A DNA stretch of 64,000 nt from NCBI GenBank assembly GCA_964016885.1, contig CAXHJY010000151.1, forward strand, positions 186,001 through 250,000, read 5' to 3'. This stretch comes from Eledone cirrhosa. Lineage: Eukaryota. Numbering within the stretch: position 1 is the stretch's first letter; every line of letters starts with the position of its first letter. A program made the position numbers and the translations under genes. Below are positions 18,532-29,779 of the stretch, in pieces. The notes beneath the pieces are model-generated. The model was not told the DNA's origin. It was given only the letters and a program-made list of their open reading frames with translations, and ran no database searches.

Positions 18532-21297
18532 TCAGGTGTAGTTTTGGCGTATTTCGGGAAGCATGAGTGTCTTAAAGGATGCAGTGTCTCGGCAGCTAAC
18601 AATTGACGCAGGCAGTTTGTTCCATGTTTCAGCAACTCTGAGCGTGAAAAAATGTCTGCGAAAGTCATGGGAGCTGTGCTGTTTTCTTATCTTGTAGGCA
18701 TGTCCACGTGTGTTAGACACATGGAGATCAAAGAGGCGCTCAGGGTTGCAGTTGGCGAGATGGTTAAAAACTTTGTGGGTATTCACCAAGTCCACTGCCA
18801 GATGTCGGAGCTTCAATGAATCCATGCCCAGGGAAGCAAGGCGTTCAGAGTATGGTAGGTGTCTGATGGAGGGTATGCGCTTGGTTGCACGTCTCTGAAC
18901 AGCTTCCAGGAGGTCAATGTTCCGAGCAAGATAGGGGTTCCAGACTGATGATGCGAATTCCAAGTGTGGTCGCACCATAGCTGTATACAGTTTTAAATAG
19001 ATGGCTGGAGAGCGGCTAACAAAGGTCTTGCTGAGTGATGCCAAGACACCCTCGGCCTTCTTGACAATCTTAGAGACATGCTTTGTCCAACGCAAATCGT
19101 TGCCGACAGTAATGCCCAGGTCACGTTCACAAGAGGACTTTTTGATGTCAGTGTTGTGGAGGGAGTATGTGGACGCTGGATTTTTCCTTCCAAAATGCAT
19201 GGTGGTACACTTGTCCACAGCCAGCTTCAGTTGCCAGTCTGTGATCCATTGCTGCATTGTGTCCAGGTCTGATTTTAGGAAAGAGTTGTAAATTTCAGGA
19301 TCAGTCCTTTTGATTTCAAGGTACAGCTTGATGTCATCTGCATATTTTAGTACCGTGGCATTCTGTAAGTTGGCATCTATGTCATTAATATATGCCACAA
19401 ACAAAAGAGGACCAAGAACAGATCCCTGTGGTACACCAGATGACATCTCATATGGTGAAGAATGCTGTCCTAGAACCGTGACTACTTTCCTTCGGCTGAG
19501 AATGAAGGATTTCAGCCAGTCGAAAAGATCATCCCTCACACCCATTGCAGAGAGTTTTGCCATAAGTCTTTTGTGTGGCACAGAATTAAAAGCCTTAGCA
19601 AAGTCAAGGTAAACAACATCCACCCATGAGCCGCTGTCAGTGATCCGGGTGATGTCCTCAAGGAACTCGATAAGCTGATCACAGCAGCTGGAGTTAGGGA
19701 TAAATCCAAACTGTGAGGGCCGGATGAGGCTGTGAGAGCTCCAGAAGTTCCAAAGTGTTTCTCTGACACAGGATTCCATCAGTTTGGCCATACAGCTAGT
19801 AAGACTGACTGGACGATAGTTGACAGGTGACATGCGGTTGCCCTTTTTGAACAGGGGAATGACACTGGCAGTTTTCCACTGCTCCGGAGTAGCACCATTG
19901 CTGAGACAGTATTGAAAGAAAAAAGAAAGCTGGCGCAAAAGGAAATCCCCGCCACGTTTGAGAAGCAGGTATGTCACACCATCAAGACCAGGGGAGGCAT
20001 AGTTGCGCTTATTCTTAAGGTGACGTCGCAACATTGCAGGTGTAAATTCCATAGTTGTTATGGAATTTGATGTTAGAGATGGTGGAGATGGTACATTCTG
20101 GTTTTCAACAGTAAAAATACTTGCATAGCACTCAGCAATGAGTTCTGCGCATTCCTTGGGATCGTCAGTGATCTGGCTTGTGTGGGGATTGCGAAGAGGA
20201 CCAACTGGAGAGTGAGGTCTCTGCTTTGAATGAACATATTTCCAGAACACCTTACTGTCAGGATTGGTTGCGATGCACTGTTCAAATTCAAGCACTGCCT
20301 TCTTTGTCACTTGCTTGAGATGGTTAGAAGATTTATTCCGCTTTTTTCTGTTGGCATCTGATCTATGCAGTTTATATTCCCGTTCAGCGTTCCGACGTTC
20401 TTTCCTGGCAAGTCGGACTGCTGAAGTTTCCCAGATTGCACTTTTGGGGTGGTTATTTTTCCGCTTCCGTGGCACTGATGCTGCACACGCTATCCATATT
20501 GAGTCCAGGATGCTCTGGAGTATAGAGTTCACATCTCCAGAGTTATACATCTCATGCCAGTTTGGGCGCTGTAGCTCAGTGCAGTACAAGTTCCAATCCG
20601 CCCTCTTCCAATCAAAGCAAGCAGATTGGAGATGGCTCTGGTTTTTGTTGCTGCCCTCAAGTGCCAGATTGGCAATGATCATAGCATGATCAGAGTCGCC
20701 TAGAGGTTCCTCAGTAGTACAACTGATAACCACTTCAGGAGTAGTGGTGAAGATCAGGTCCAAAGTGTTGTCACCTCTTGTTGGAGAGGTGACTACTTGT
20801 GACCAGTTTGAGTCCAGCACTAGTTCAAGGAAATCGTTTGCACCCTGTGGCCAACGAAAGGTTTCCCAATCGATCTCAGGATGATTGAAGTCACCTGCAA
20901 TAAACACATAAGTGGCTGTTTTCTTGGCAGCAACTCTGAGGATATCGCAAAGCTGTGTGTCCTGATGGTAGTTTGGGGGGCGATAAACAACACCAAGCAG
21001 AAGTGTTGACATGGTCATACGTATGTCACAGAAAAAAACTTCTTCCTGTGATTCGTTCAAATCAACGCAAGGAATTACCGAAAAGTTTGAACGAACGTAG
21101 ACCATCACACCACCACCACGGCGGTTAATGCGGTCCTTGCGGAAAAGGTTGTACCCAGTAATGGTGAAAACCCCATCACAGAGTAAGGAATGTGCCCATG
21201 TTTCCGTGACTGTGATGAAGTCAGGGTCGATGCTTCTGACGTAGGATTCGAACAGATGTATCTTGTTGCATAAACTGCGAGCATTTAAGGACAACAA
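18532..21297 (-). CDS. LINE ORF2: APE-type endonuclease + reverse transcriptase (CR1 clade), 921 aa; true start uncertain
   Basis: Endonuclease motifs LNARSL.NK, VTETW, RKDR..RRGGGV, YRPP, GDFN, TLDLIF, SDH. RT motifs NYRPVSLTS, QFGF, YLDFAKAF, GVPQGSVLGPLLF, YADD. CR1-type C-terminus TRGH..K...FFTLRV..WNKLP. Confidence 0.95.
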   Translation of the reverse strand: MLSLNARSLCNKIHLFESYVRSIDPDFITVTETWAHSLLCDGVFTITGYNLFRKDRINRRGGGVMVYVRSNFSVIPCVDLNESQEEVFFCDIRMTMSTLLLGVVYRPPNYHQDTQLCDILRVAAKKTATYVFIAGDFNHPEIDWETFRWPQGANDFLELVLDSNWSQVVTSPTRGDNTLDLIFTTTPEVVISCTTEEPLGDSDHAMIIANLALEGSNKNQSHLQSACFDWKRADWNLYCTELQRPNWHEMYNSGDVNSILQSILDSIWIACAASVPRKRKNNHPKSAIWETSAVRLARKERRNAEREYKLHRSDANRKKRNKSSNHLKQVTKKAVLEFEQCIATNPDSKVFWKYVHSKQRPHSPVGPLRNPHTSQITDDPKECAELIAECYASIFTVENQNVPSPPSLTSNSITTMEFTPAMLRRHLKNKRNYASPGLDGVTYLLLKRGGDFLLRQLSFFFQYCLSNGATPEQWKTASVIPLFKKGNRMSPVNYRPVSLTSCMAKLMESCVRETLWNFWSSHSLIRPSQFGFIPNSSCCDQLIEFLEDITRITDSGSWVDVVYLDFAKAFNSVPHKRLMAKLSAMGVRDDLFDWLKSFILSRRKVVTVLGQHSSPYEMSSGVPQGSVLGPLLFVAYINDIDANLQNATVLKYADDIKLYLEIKRTDPEIYNSFLKSDLDTMQQWITDWQLKLAVDKCTTMHFGRKNPASTYSLHNTDIKKSSCERDLGITVGNDLRWTKHVSKIVKKAEGVLASLSKTFVSRSPAIYLKLYTAMVRPHLEFASSVWNPYLARNIDLLEAVQRRATKRIPSIRHLPYSERLASLGMDSLKLRHLAVDLVNTHKVFNHLANCNPERLFDLHVSNTRGHAYKIRKQHSSHDFRRHFFTLRVAETWNKLPASIVSCRDTASFKTLMLPEIRQNYT

Positions 21298-21353
21298 TTT
21301 GTACCCTGCTCGCAGTCTATGATGGTGTGTAGAGGGTGGCAGGTTGTTCTGGT

Positions 21354-21508
21354 TTAGTTTCCCAGAGTTGTAGCAGTTTTTACATTGCCAGTTATTGTGG
21401 GTAGATCACACTCAGACCAGCTGGTATCTCTCTTCCACGTTTCACCCGCCTTGACAAACCTCCAGATCTGCCCATCATCACGCAGACTGAAACTTTCATC
21501 TTGTGCTG
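21354..21508 (-). pseudogene. Probable CR1 ORF1 C-terminal fragment (AQDESF...TTLGN*)
   Basis: Open, non-repetitive frame immediately upstream of ORF2, cut off by the microsatellite. Assigned by position only. Confidence 0.6.
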
Positions 21509-21571
21509 TATATATATATATATACACACGTGTGTGTGTATTTATGTATATATATATATATACACACACAC

Positions 21572-21613
<42 letters not shown>

Positions 21614-21764
21614 GTGTGTGTGTGTATATATATTTAAATATATATACACACACGTGTGTGTATATATATATATATATATACACGTGTGTGTGTATTTATA
21701 TATATATATATATACACACACACGTGTGTGTATATATATATATCTGTCTCTCTCCCTGTCTCTC

Positions 21765-22099
21765 ACTCTCCCTCTATCCCCCCTCTCTCTCTCTGTCTCT
21801 CTCTCCCCCCCCCCTCTCTCTCTCTAGTAGTAGAGAGAGACAAAGAGAGAGAGATATAAACGTATAACCCTAACCAAACCCTAACCCCAACCCTAACCCT
21901 AACCTAACCCTAACCCATCTCTCTCTCTCTCTCACCCCCTCTCTCTCTCTCTAGTAGTAGAGAGAGAGACAAAGAGAGAGAGAGATATAAACGTATAACC
22001 CTAACCCAACCCTAACCTCTCTCTCTCTTCTCTCTCTCTCTCTCCCCTCTCTCTCTCTATTCCCCCCTCTCTATTTCCCCCCCCTCTCTCTCTAGTAGT

Positions 22100-22130
<31 letters not shown>

Positions 22131-22184
22131 TATAAACGTATAACCCTAACCCAACCCTAACCCTAACCCAACCCCAACCCTAAC

Positions 22185-22216
<32 letters not shown>
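21765..22216. repeat. Three ~150-bp units of (CT)n-tagtagtag-(GA)n-tataaacgta-(TAACCC)n-like telomeric tracts
   Basis: Degenerate CCCTAA runs at ~21864-21916, ~21995-22017, ~22141-22186. Confidence 0.8.
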
Positions 22217-22219
<3 letters not shown>

Positions 22220-22344
22220 TTTTTAACATTGTTTTGTTTTTCTTTTCTTTTCTTATTCAGATGACAAACGGCAGAGGATACAACAGAAGAAAAGAACAAA
22301 GATAATTATTATTATTATTACTATTATTATTTGTTTTATTATAA

Positions 22345-23400
22345 TCAAAATATGCTGTTAGTTAGATCTGCATTGCGTACATTTTATATAATTTATGCCA
22401 GTTCCTTTTCTGCATATCGAACATGGCCATTTCCCTGACGGAATAGAGTTTTGTCCTCTTTCGTGACACAAAGTACAGCCAGCGGCATCATTGCGGACAG
22501 ACTTAATCCCGAATTGCACTGACACACTGCCTCGCAATACGGAACACCGCACGTCTTTGATCTTCTTCCCGTCGATCAGCCTCCTTGCCATGCTAAGTAC
22601 ACCTGACGTCTAGCTTCTCTCTTAGCGGCGGCTTTATATTCTTCTCTACTCCCACTAATTTTCCAAGCATTCCATGCTAGCCTTTAGTCTCCAATGGCCC
22701 GATCTACCGTGCTGTCCCACCACCATGTCACTCTCTGTCTGGTTGGAACTCTGATCCAGCCACAAGTTTAATCAGTAGCCTGCAATAAGTTGTCACATAA
22801 GAAAATCGAGTTCTCATGTATGTCATACGACTGTGAATCGTCTTCTTTTTCGTCATACACATATTGAAGGGCTTTCCTAAATTTCTATTTTAGTGAAATC
22901 TCTTTTAGCTTCCAGACCTTTCTTTTTTCCACATCTTCCTGTATGTCTCAATCATACCTGGAGCTGTCCAACATGACCATTGAAATCCCCTGCTAGCATA
23001 ACGATGTCTCCGTCCTGTCATTGTGGCTGTTTGTAAAAATTGCTTGTAAATGAAGTCTTTCTTTTCTTTACCTAGCAGAAGCAATTAACACTAACCCAAC
23101 TGTAACACTAACCCTAACACTAACTTATGCAGGCCTAGGTAAAGACAAGAAAGATAAAACAAGGAGTGATGCTTCTTGAATTTTGTGATGCAAGTGTTTT
23201 AACCATTTGCAAAACCAACTTCCACAAACCTGCCTCACTGCCGCCTAATAACCTACAAATCAGGCAAGCACAGAAGCCGGATTTCTCGGTAGTTAGGCAG
23301 CGAGACAGACAGATGGGGTGTGAAGTACCAGGGTGTGCCCCGGGGAGGAATGTTTCCCACAGCGTGGGTTGGTTGTTGGTGATGTCTCGGTTATCTTGAG
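22345..23400. pseudogene. Rearranged RTE remnants in both orientations
   Basis: SGKWPCSICRKG (minus), TWWWD-like segment (minus), LLEFCDA..LTICKTNFHKP (plus, endonuclease region). Partly duplicated at 24270-24800. Confidence 0.7.
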
Positions 23401-23763
23401 ACGGAGTGAGACGTGCAGGAATACTCTCACGGAATCGCCAAATGAGGTTTATTTTTCAACATAGTCCCTGGAATGAAACAATGTGGTTATTAAGAAGAAT
23501 TGAAATTAATGTAAGATTTCACAGATCTATGATCAATCCTTCACAGTCAGCTTACAAAGTTTTCAGCCAAACCTTGTGTATTTCCAACATTTCAAACCCT
23601 ATCTAGGACTACATTATCTAATGTACAGTACAGTAGTTAGTATTAGTGGCTATCAGACATAGTGTATCTAAATGCAACATTTTTAACATTGTTTTTTCTT
23701 TTCTTTTCTTTTCTTATTCAGATGACAGACGGCAGAGGATACAATAGAAGAAAAGAACAATGA

Positions 23764-24186
23764 TAATTATTATTATTATTATTGTTGTTATTCCTTGAAT
23801 CTCAGTCATTGATGTTGGTTAACTGGAAAGTCCGTTGGAATGAATATCAAGCCACTACCTGCAGCCTCAGATATTCAGGACGTATCGGAGGGTTCTTGCT
23901 GTTCCAAGCAAGCATGCCTTTTGAAGCGTTCCAAAAAGCGTGAAGGGGCCGATTTTCTTTAACCATCCCTGGAAACTTTTGGAGATGGACAAAAAACTGG
24001 AACACAATAGACCTGACCTGGTGGTTGTGGACAAAGAAAAAAGATCGTGTCTGATTGTGGATGTGGCCTGCCCGTTCAACACGAGAGTGCAAGAGAAGGA
24101 GAGGGAGAAAATTAACCGATACCAGGACCTAAAGTGGGAGGTGAAAAGGATTTGGAACTGCCATGAAGTCAAAGTGATCCCGATTG

Positions 24187-24187
<1 letters not shown>
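23764..24187 (-). mobile_element. R4/Dong-like (REL endonuclease) non-LTR 3' fragment with 5' inversion, inserted in (TTA)n
   Basis: Plus strand 23985-24185: HNRPDLVVVDK...LIVDVACP...KEREKINRYQDLKWEVKRIW (PD-D/ExK fold). Minus strand 23985-23867: WLKKIG...LQKACLLGTARTLRYVL*, then UTR and (TAA)n. Confidence 0.8.
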
Positions 24188-24239
<52 letters not shown>

Positions 24240-24834
24240 TATTATTTGTTTTATTATAATCAAAATATGCTGTTAGTTAGATCTGCATTGTGTACATTTT
24301 ATATAATTTATGCCAGTTCCTTTTCTACATATCGAACATGGCCATTTCCCTGACGGAATAGAGTTTTGTCCTCTTTTCTACTCATCAACACTCATTCGTG
24401 ACACAAAGTACAGCCAGCGGCATCATTGCGGACAGACTTAATCCTGATTTGCACTGACACACTGCCTCGCAATACGGAACACCGCACGTCTTTGATCTTC
24501 TTCCCGTCGATCAGCCTCCTTGCCATGCAAAGTACACCTGACGTCTAGCTTCTCTCTTAGCGGCGGCGGCTGTATATTCTTCTCTACTCCCACTAATTTT
24601 CCAAGCATTCCATGCTAGTCTTTAGTCTCCAATGGCCCGATCTACAGTTTCTGTCTCAACTCGTCTATGCTTGGTCGTTCCCGCACATTGACATTGCACA
24701 TCCAACGGAGCATGCTTGCTTCATTTCTCTCCAGCCGTCGCATGTCCTCTGCAGTTGCTGCCCGTGTCTCACTACCATGCAGCATCGCGCATCTAAACCT
24801 GGCCCTTACCCTAACCCCAACCTCTTTGGTTTTC

Positions 24835-25672
24835 GTTTTCTCGACGGCTAGCCGCATTTCGTGATCCGCCTTTCGATTGCGCTTCCGTCGCGGCAAAAGA
24901 ATTGCCTTTCCAGACCGCCGTCGCCCGACCGGACCCATGATAGAAGACGTTCGTTACCGTTGGAGCAACGCAAATTACTCCTCGGTTGACGCCAAAAACG
25001 AACGCCTTCCCGCCTCGCGCCGCCTTCTCCTCGCCGACCCTCGGCCTCGACGATTAGCCACTTTCCGTCACAGCAGTAGATACGCGTCCGTCGTAATAGC
25101 CGTCATTTTAACGCAGGAGAAACGCCTAATTGCCCTGCACCGCGTTTGACGGCGATCTACGACGGCGACGATGCGCGCACTCTTCCTTGCTGCGACGAAG
25201 GTTTCGGCTTTTCGTCGTGGACCCGGTCAGGTCATGCCGCTGACCTCGCGTTACGGCGACGCGAGAAGACGTTCGTTACCGCTGGAGCAACGCAAATTAC
25301 TCCTCGGTTGACGCCAAAAACGAACGCCTCGCGCCGCCGCTTCCTCCTCGGCCTCGACGATTAGCCGCTTTCCGTCACAGCAGTAGATACGCGTCCATCG
25401 TAATAGCCGTCATTTTAACGCAGGAGAAACGCCTTGACGACGATATACGACGGGTCGACGACGCGCGCACTCTTTCTGCTGCGACGAAGGTTTTGGCTTT
25501 TCGTTGTGGACCCGGTCGGGTCATGCCTCTGACCTCGCGTTGCGTCGCCACCGCCGCGGCGGGCTTGGGTTTAGCCGTAGCTACCCTCGTTTTGCCAACG
25601 GCGACGCGAGAAGACGTTCGTTACCGCTGGAGCAACGCAAATTACTCCTCGGATGAGGCCAAAAACGAACGC
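24835..25672 (+). repeat. Orphan rearranged copy of the rDNA 5'ETS/IGS-like sequence
   Basis: Shares gaagacgttcgttaccgctggagcaacgcaaattactcctcgg and neighbouring blocks with 31795-32860. Confidence 0.75.
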
Positions 25673-25751
25673 TGAAGAGATATTGTCCATGGATATCGGG
25701 AATTTTACCCGCCCTAGATAGATAGATAGATAGGGATGTATGTATGTATGT

Positions 25752-25791
<40 letters not shown>

Positions 25792-26170
25792 GTATGTATC
25801 TTTCTCATTCTCTCTGTATGTATGTATGTATGTATATATATATAATTATATATTTATAGACATCCTGAAAGCTTTTTAAATGTCTGAGAGATTGGCTAAA
25901 TATGTTTTGCAGGTATGACCAGTAAGAGAGAGGTAAGTTATTTCAAAACAATTCTTTGACCATTATTTTAAGGTACTATCTCAGTGTATTTTTAAATTGA
26001 CCTCTTGATAGGATGAAATGACCTGTATAATTTTTTTCATATTTAGATGGAATAGAAGAAAAACAAGAAAAATGAAATGAATTCAAACAGAAAATATACA
26101 CCAATGCCAATGGAGGTATGATTTCAGTTTAATCTTAACCTAATGACCACTTTACAGAGTGTACTGGATA

Positions 26171-26241
<71 letters not shown>

Positions 26242-26689
26242 AGGAAGCTCCAACCGTTAAGGTTGTCTTTCCATTTATTAATATATTGTGTATTTACTCC
26301 ACTAAACTGTTGAGTGCTTTATATCAGTTATAAAAAAATTTCAGCTTGTTGAATCCCAAAATAGTTGTTGAAACAGCCACAGCTCAGCCGTCGGGGTCCT
26401 GAATATTTATCATATATATATACGTATGAGTGTGTGTGTTTTGAGAATTAATAATTATATAAACAAGTTTGTAATGAACAATTTATTTCTTATCAAAACT
26501 GTATAAACATGATATTATTTACAGTAAGAATAACAATAATAATGATGGTTTCTAGTAAAGGTGGAAGGCCAGTAATTTGGGGGAGGGGAAAGTTGATTAA
26601 ATCGAAGAGAGAAAGAAAGAAAAAACAGAACGGGAAGGAGAGGGGATGGCAAGAGGTCCGGTGTCGCAGGAGAGAGGGGAGGGTGGTTG

Positions 26690-27185
26690 AGCTTTGAGTC
26701 TAGGGCAAGAGGGCAGAAATGCTGCGCCCCACGGATAAGACGGCAAAAATATTCTCGCGGACGATGGCCAGAGATACCCAATGCAACAACCACCCAACCT
26801 CGCGGTGTTCCCTCCTCAGATGGGCTGCTGACTCTCCGATCTTTTGGAGGAGCTCGGCAGTACAAGGTCCAAGTACTCCTGGGGTCTCGACGTTGACTGG
26901 TGCAGAGAGGAAGTGGCCGGACAATCCTCGGTATTTGTTTATTTTACGTTCTTCTGCGAGGTGGGCTGCGATGCCGGGGTTTGTGACCGAAACGACTTGG
27001 AAACGAAGTTGTAGGCGGAGATTGTGTCGTAGCTGGTGGTGTCCCAGATGAGGGACCTACGTCCTTCGAATGGGAAGAGAGTGATTCCGTCGGGGCGCTT
27101 GCCATCTCCGGGACCTGTTGGCCCCAGTTGTGATGGGAAGCCAGCTGCGTCCAGGCTTCTTCTCAATATGTCGTTGACAACGACG
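26690..27185 (-). pseudogene. CRE-clade-like non-LTR REL endonuclease remnant
   Basis: DGKRPDGITLFPF.G.RSLIWDTT..DT and VETPGVLG...VSLAIVREN..VL in two frames (frameshifted). Confidence 0.7.
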
Positions 27186-27733
27186 TGTATCTATTCAATA
27201 ATTATTTGAATATTGAAATTTTAGGTTTAACTACCTTTTAAACCAAATACATTAAGAAAGGCATGACCAACACCACATCATTTTTATTTCTATTTTGAAA
27301 GTAGGTTTATAAGTATTAAATTTCAGTAGATTCTTATATCCTTCATGGTGGTCTGGTGGGAGATACGAGAGATGGTGGAGGTTCTGGTCTGGGGTTCAAT
27401 CCTGCTCAGGAGATACTCTAAGGGGGTTCATACTAAACTTCTTCAGTGTTTCTTATCTCTAGAGACAAATATATATACATAAGGTAATCTGGTAAAGTTG
27501 TTAGAACATCACATAGAATTCTTTGTAGTATTTTTTCCAGTTCTTCAATCTGAGTTCAACTTTACTTTTCTTCCATTCGGGGTTGATAATAACGTACCAG
27601 TCAAATACTAGGGGTTAATTCTTCCTCTATATCTCTTTCTCACTCTCTGTCTGTTTTATTAAGACCTGGAGAGGTGATGTACTCTACCAGGTTTTATAAT
27701 GAGTGATGGGGTCATACCTGCCTGCTACACCTC

Positions 27734-28055
27734 TGTGTACTAAGTGTAGCATATTATATCCTTGTTCAGGGCCTTCCTGACATTACTGTGTACTAAGGGT
27801 AGCATTTTATATCCTTGTTCAGGGCCATCTTAACATTGCTGTGTACTAAGTGTAGCATATTATATCCTTGTTCGGGGCCTTCCTGACATTAGTGTGTACT
27901 GAGTGTAGATTTTAACATCCTTGTTCTGGGCCTTCCTAACATTACTGTGTACTGAGTGTAGATTTTAACATCTTTGTTCAGAGCCTTCCTTACATTACTG
28001 TGTACTAAGTGTAGCATTTCATATACTTGTTCTGGGCCTTCCTAACGTTACTGTG
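27734..28055. repeat. 53-bp minisatellite, 6 copies
   Basis: tgtgtactaagtgtagcatattatatccttgttcagggccttcctgacattac at 53-bp spacing. Confidence 0.9.
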
Positions 28056-28840
28056 GAAATAGTAGTTTATATCCAATATGTAATATAGATATGGATTCTA
28101 CAGGACTAAAACTCATTAATATGAGGGGTATTAGTAGATTATATGCCATATTTAATAGAGAAATGGCTTCTACAAGACTAAAACTCATTAATATGAGGGG
28201 TATTACAGTTTATATGCCATATTTAATACAGAAATGGCTTCTAAAGGACTAGAACTCTTTAAATTGAATAAAATAGTAGTATATATCCTATGTTTAATAC
28301 AGAAATGCCTTCTAAAGGACTCATTAATATGAGGGTATTAGTAGATTATATAACATATTTAATACAGAAATGGCTTTTAAATTCAGGGACTCGTTAATTT
28401 GATGGAAATAGTAGTGTCTATGCAATATTTAATACAGAAATAGCTTCTACAGGACTAAAACTAATTAATATGAGGGGTATTAGTAGTATATGTGCCATAT
28501 TTAATACAGAGATGGCTTCTAAATGGAGGTATCTCATTAATTCGATTGAAATGGTAGTGTATATGCAATATTTAATACAGAAATAGCTTCTACAAGAATA
28601 AAACTCATTAATATGAAGGTTATTATTACATTATATGCCATATTTAATACAGAAATCGGTTCTAAAGGACTAGAACTCTTTAATTCAAATCAAATAGTAG
28701 TATAAAGCAATATTTACTACAGAAATGGCTTCTACAAGACTAAAAATCCTTAATATGAGGGGTATTGTTAGATTATATACCATATTTAATACAGAAATGG
28801 CTTCTAAATGAAGAAATCTCTTTAATTCGATAGTAATAGT
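28056..28840. repeat. ~71-bp AT-rich minisatellite, ~11 diverged copies
   Basis: Recurrent atatttaatacagaaatggcttcta...ctcattaatatgagggg. Confidence 0.85.
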
Positions 28841-29487
28841 AATAATAATAATAGTAATAGTAATAATACAGCCAATTTTCCACGCAATACTTTTAGTTAG
28901 CACCCCGAACGCATAATTGGGAATATAATCACTTATTTCCTAATGTTTGTTGAGTGAGTTGGGAAAAAAAACTTGGGAAATATATTTTCAGGGTCTCAAA
29001 ATCTTAAAGAGAAAAAAAAGTCCTGTGGAAGGTAGCAAAACAATTAGGAAGAAAATGGTTTGAAGTTGGTTGGTGAGTATAAGATTACAGTATCTTGTTG
29101 ATTTCTATAAAGTTTACTTTTAACTGAATTGGTAAAAATGGATAAATTAGAAGACACAATATAATAACTAATATTGTCTTCTAAAACAGGGAATAAAAAT
29201 ATGTTGGTGTATTGGGGGGGGGGGGGGGTAAACATGTGAGTTAATGGGAATGTTTTTGTTTGTTTTTATTGAAACATATTCAATCTACAGATAGGTTGTT
29301 ATAGTTATTTAGTCTCGGGTCTGCCATTATCTGCAGATTTATAATTGAGGGGTGTTCCAGGTGTGACCACCCTACATTATTCCTAGAGATTGTTACTCCT
29401 TCATTCTTCAGTCATCTTGGTCTTCTTATGAGATGGTGGTGTAGTCTTATTTATTGTTAAGGTTATGGTCTTCCTTTGTCCACACTC

Positions 29488-29525
<38 letters not shown>

Positions 29526-29779
29526 AAAGGCTTCCTTCTCTGGAAAAAGATGATTTAATATTCACAACCATCTGTCTAATTGTTTTCTGATGAGAATAAA
29601 GTTAATCTTGCTTGTATGTCTACCTGATCAAATGACTGGCTGATATCTTGAAGTCATTTACACCACAGAACTGTAGGAGTCTTGATCCCTCAAGCCATAC
29701 CTCTAGCCATCATGTACTCCAAAAGAGTCTCACCTTGGTGCTACTCAACATGTCCATTAAATTTAGCAGCAAGGATGCC

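Noticed and set aside
29213-29228. Poly-G run (possible G-quadruplex)
   Set aside because: An isolated homopolymer with no supporting context; its length is prone to sequencing error.
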